From the human T2T-CHM13v2.0 reference genome, Homo sapiens: a stretch of 64,000 nucleotides of DNA. This document shows positions 63,212 through 64,000 of this stretch, piece by piece. Made by a program: the position numbers and the translations under genes. The notes below the pieces were generated by a model. It did not search any database and had not been told where the DNA came from. It saw nothing but the letters and a program-made list of their open reading frames with translations. Each line of letters begins with the position of its first letter. Positions within the stretch are counted from its first letter, which is position 1. The stretch is from the NCBI RefSeq assembly GCF_009914755.1, contig NC_060947.1. The stretch is one strand, 5' to 3'.

Positions 63212-64000
<789 letters not shown>

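Overview
Primate (most likely human or great-ape) non-coding DNA that is dense in interspersed repeats. I see no convincing protein-coding gene, RNA gene or CRISPR array, and almost all ORFs in the track are LINE-1/Alu-derived or chance ORFs. Main elements: the 5' part of a minus-strand L1PA6-like element (1-1910); a near full-length minus-strand L1PA4/5-like element (39236-44491) nested in an older L1M; a plus-strand L1M1/L1MA-type element (46534-54381) that hosts two Alus and a young L1PA2-like fragment; about 24 Alus; MLT LTRs; DNA-transposon fossils (MER33, Tigger2a, MER58B, MER5, MER44B); and many L2/MIR remnants. The most unusual structures are: a 166-bp non-Alu inverted repeat (32371-32536 / 33511-33676); an apparent Alu-to-Alu gene-conversion tract (17339-17491 / 23042-23194); an intact, C-terminally extended L1 ORF0 (44055-44381); an internal L1 deletion whose ends fit GT-AG on the antisense strand; and several candidate splice signals. 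Repeat subfamily names come from recalled consensus sequences and need RepeatMasker/Dfam confirmation. Boundaries of old repeats are approximate. I cannot demonstrate a new biological system from sequence alone.
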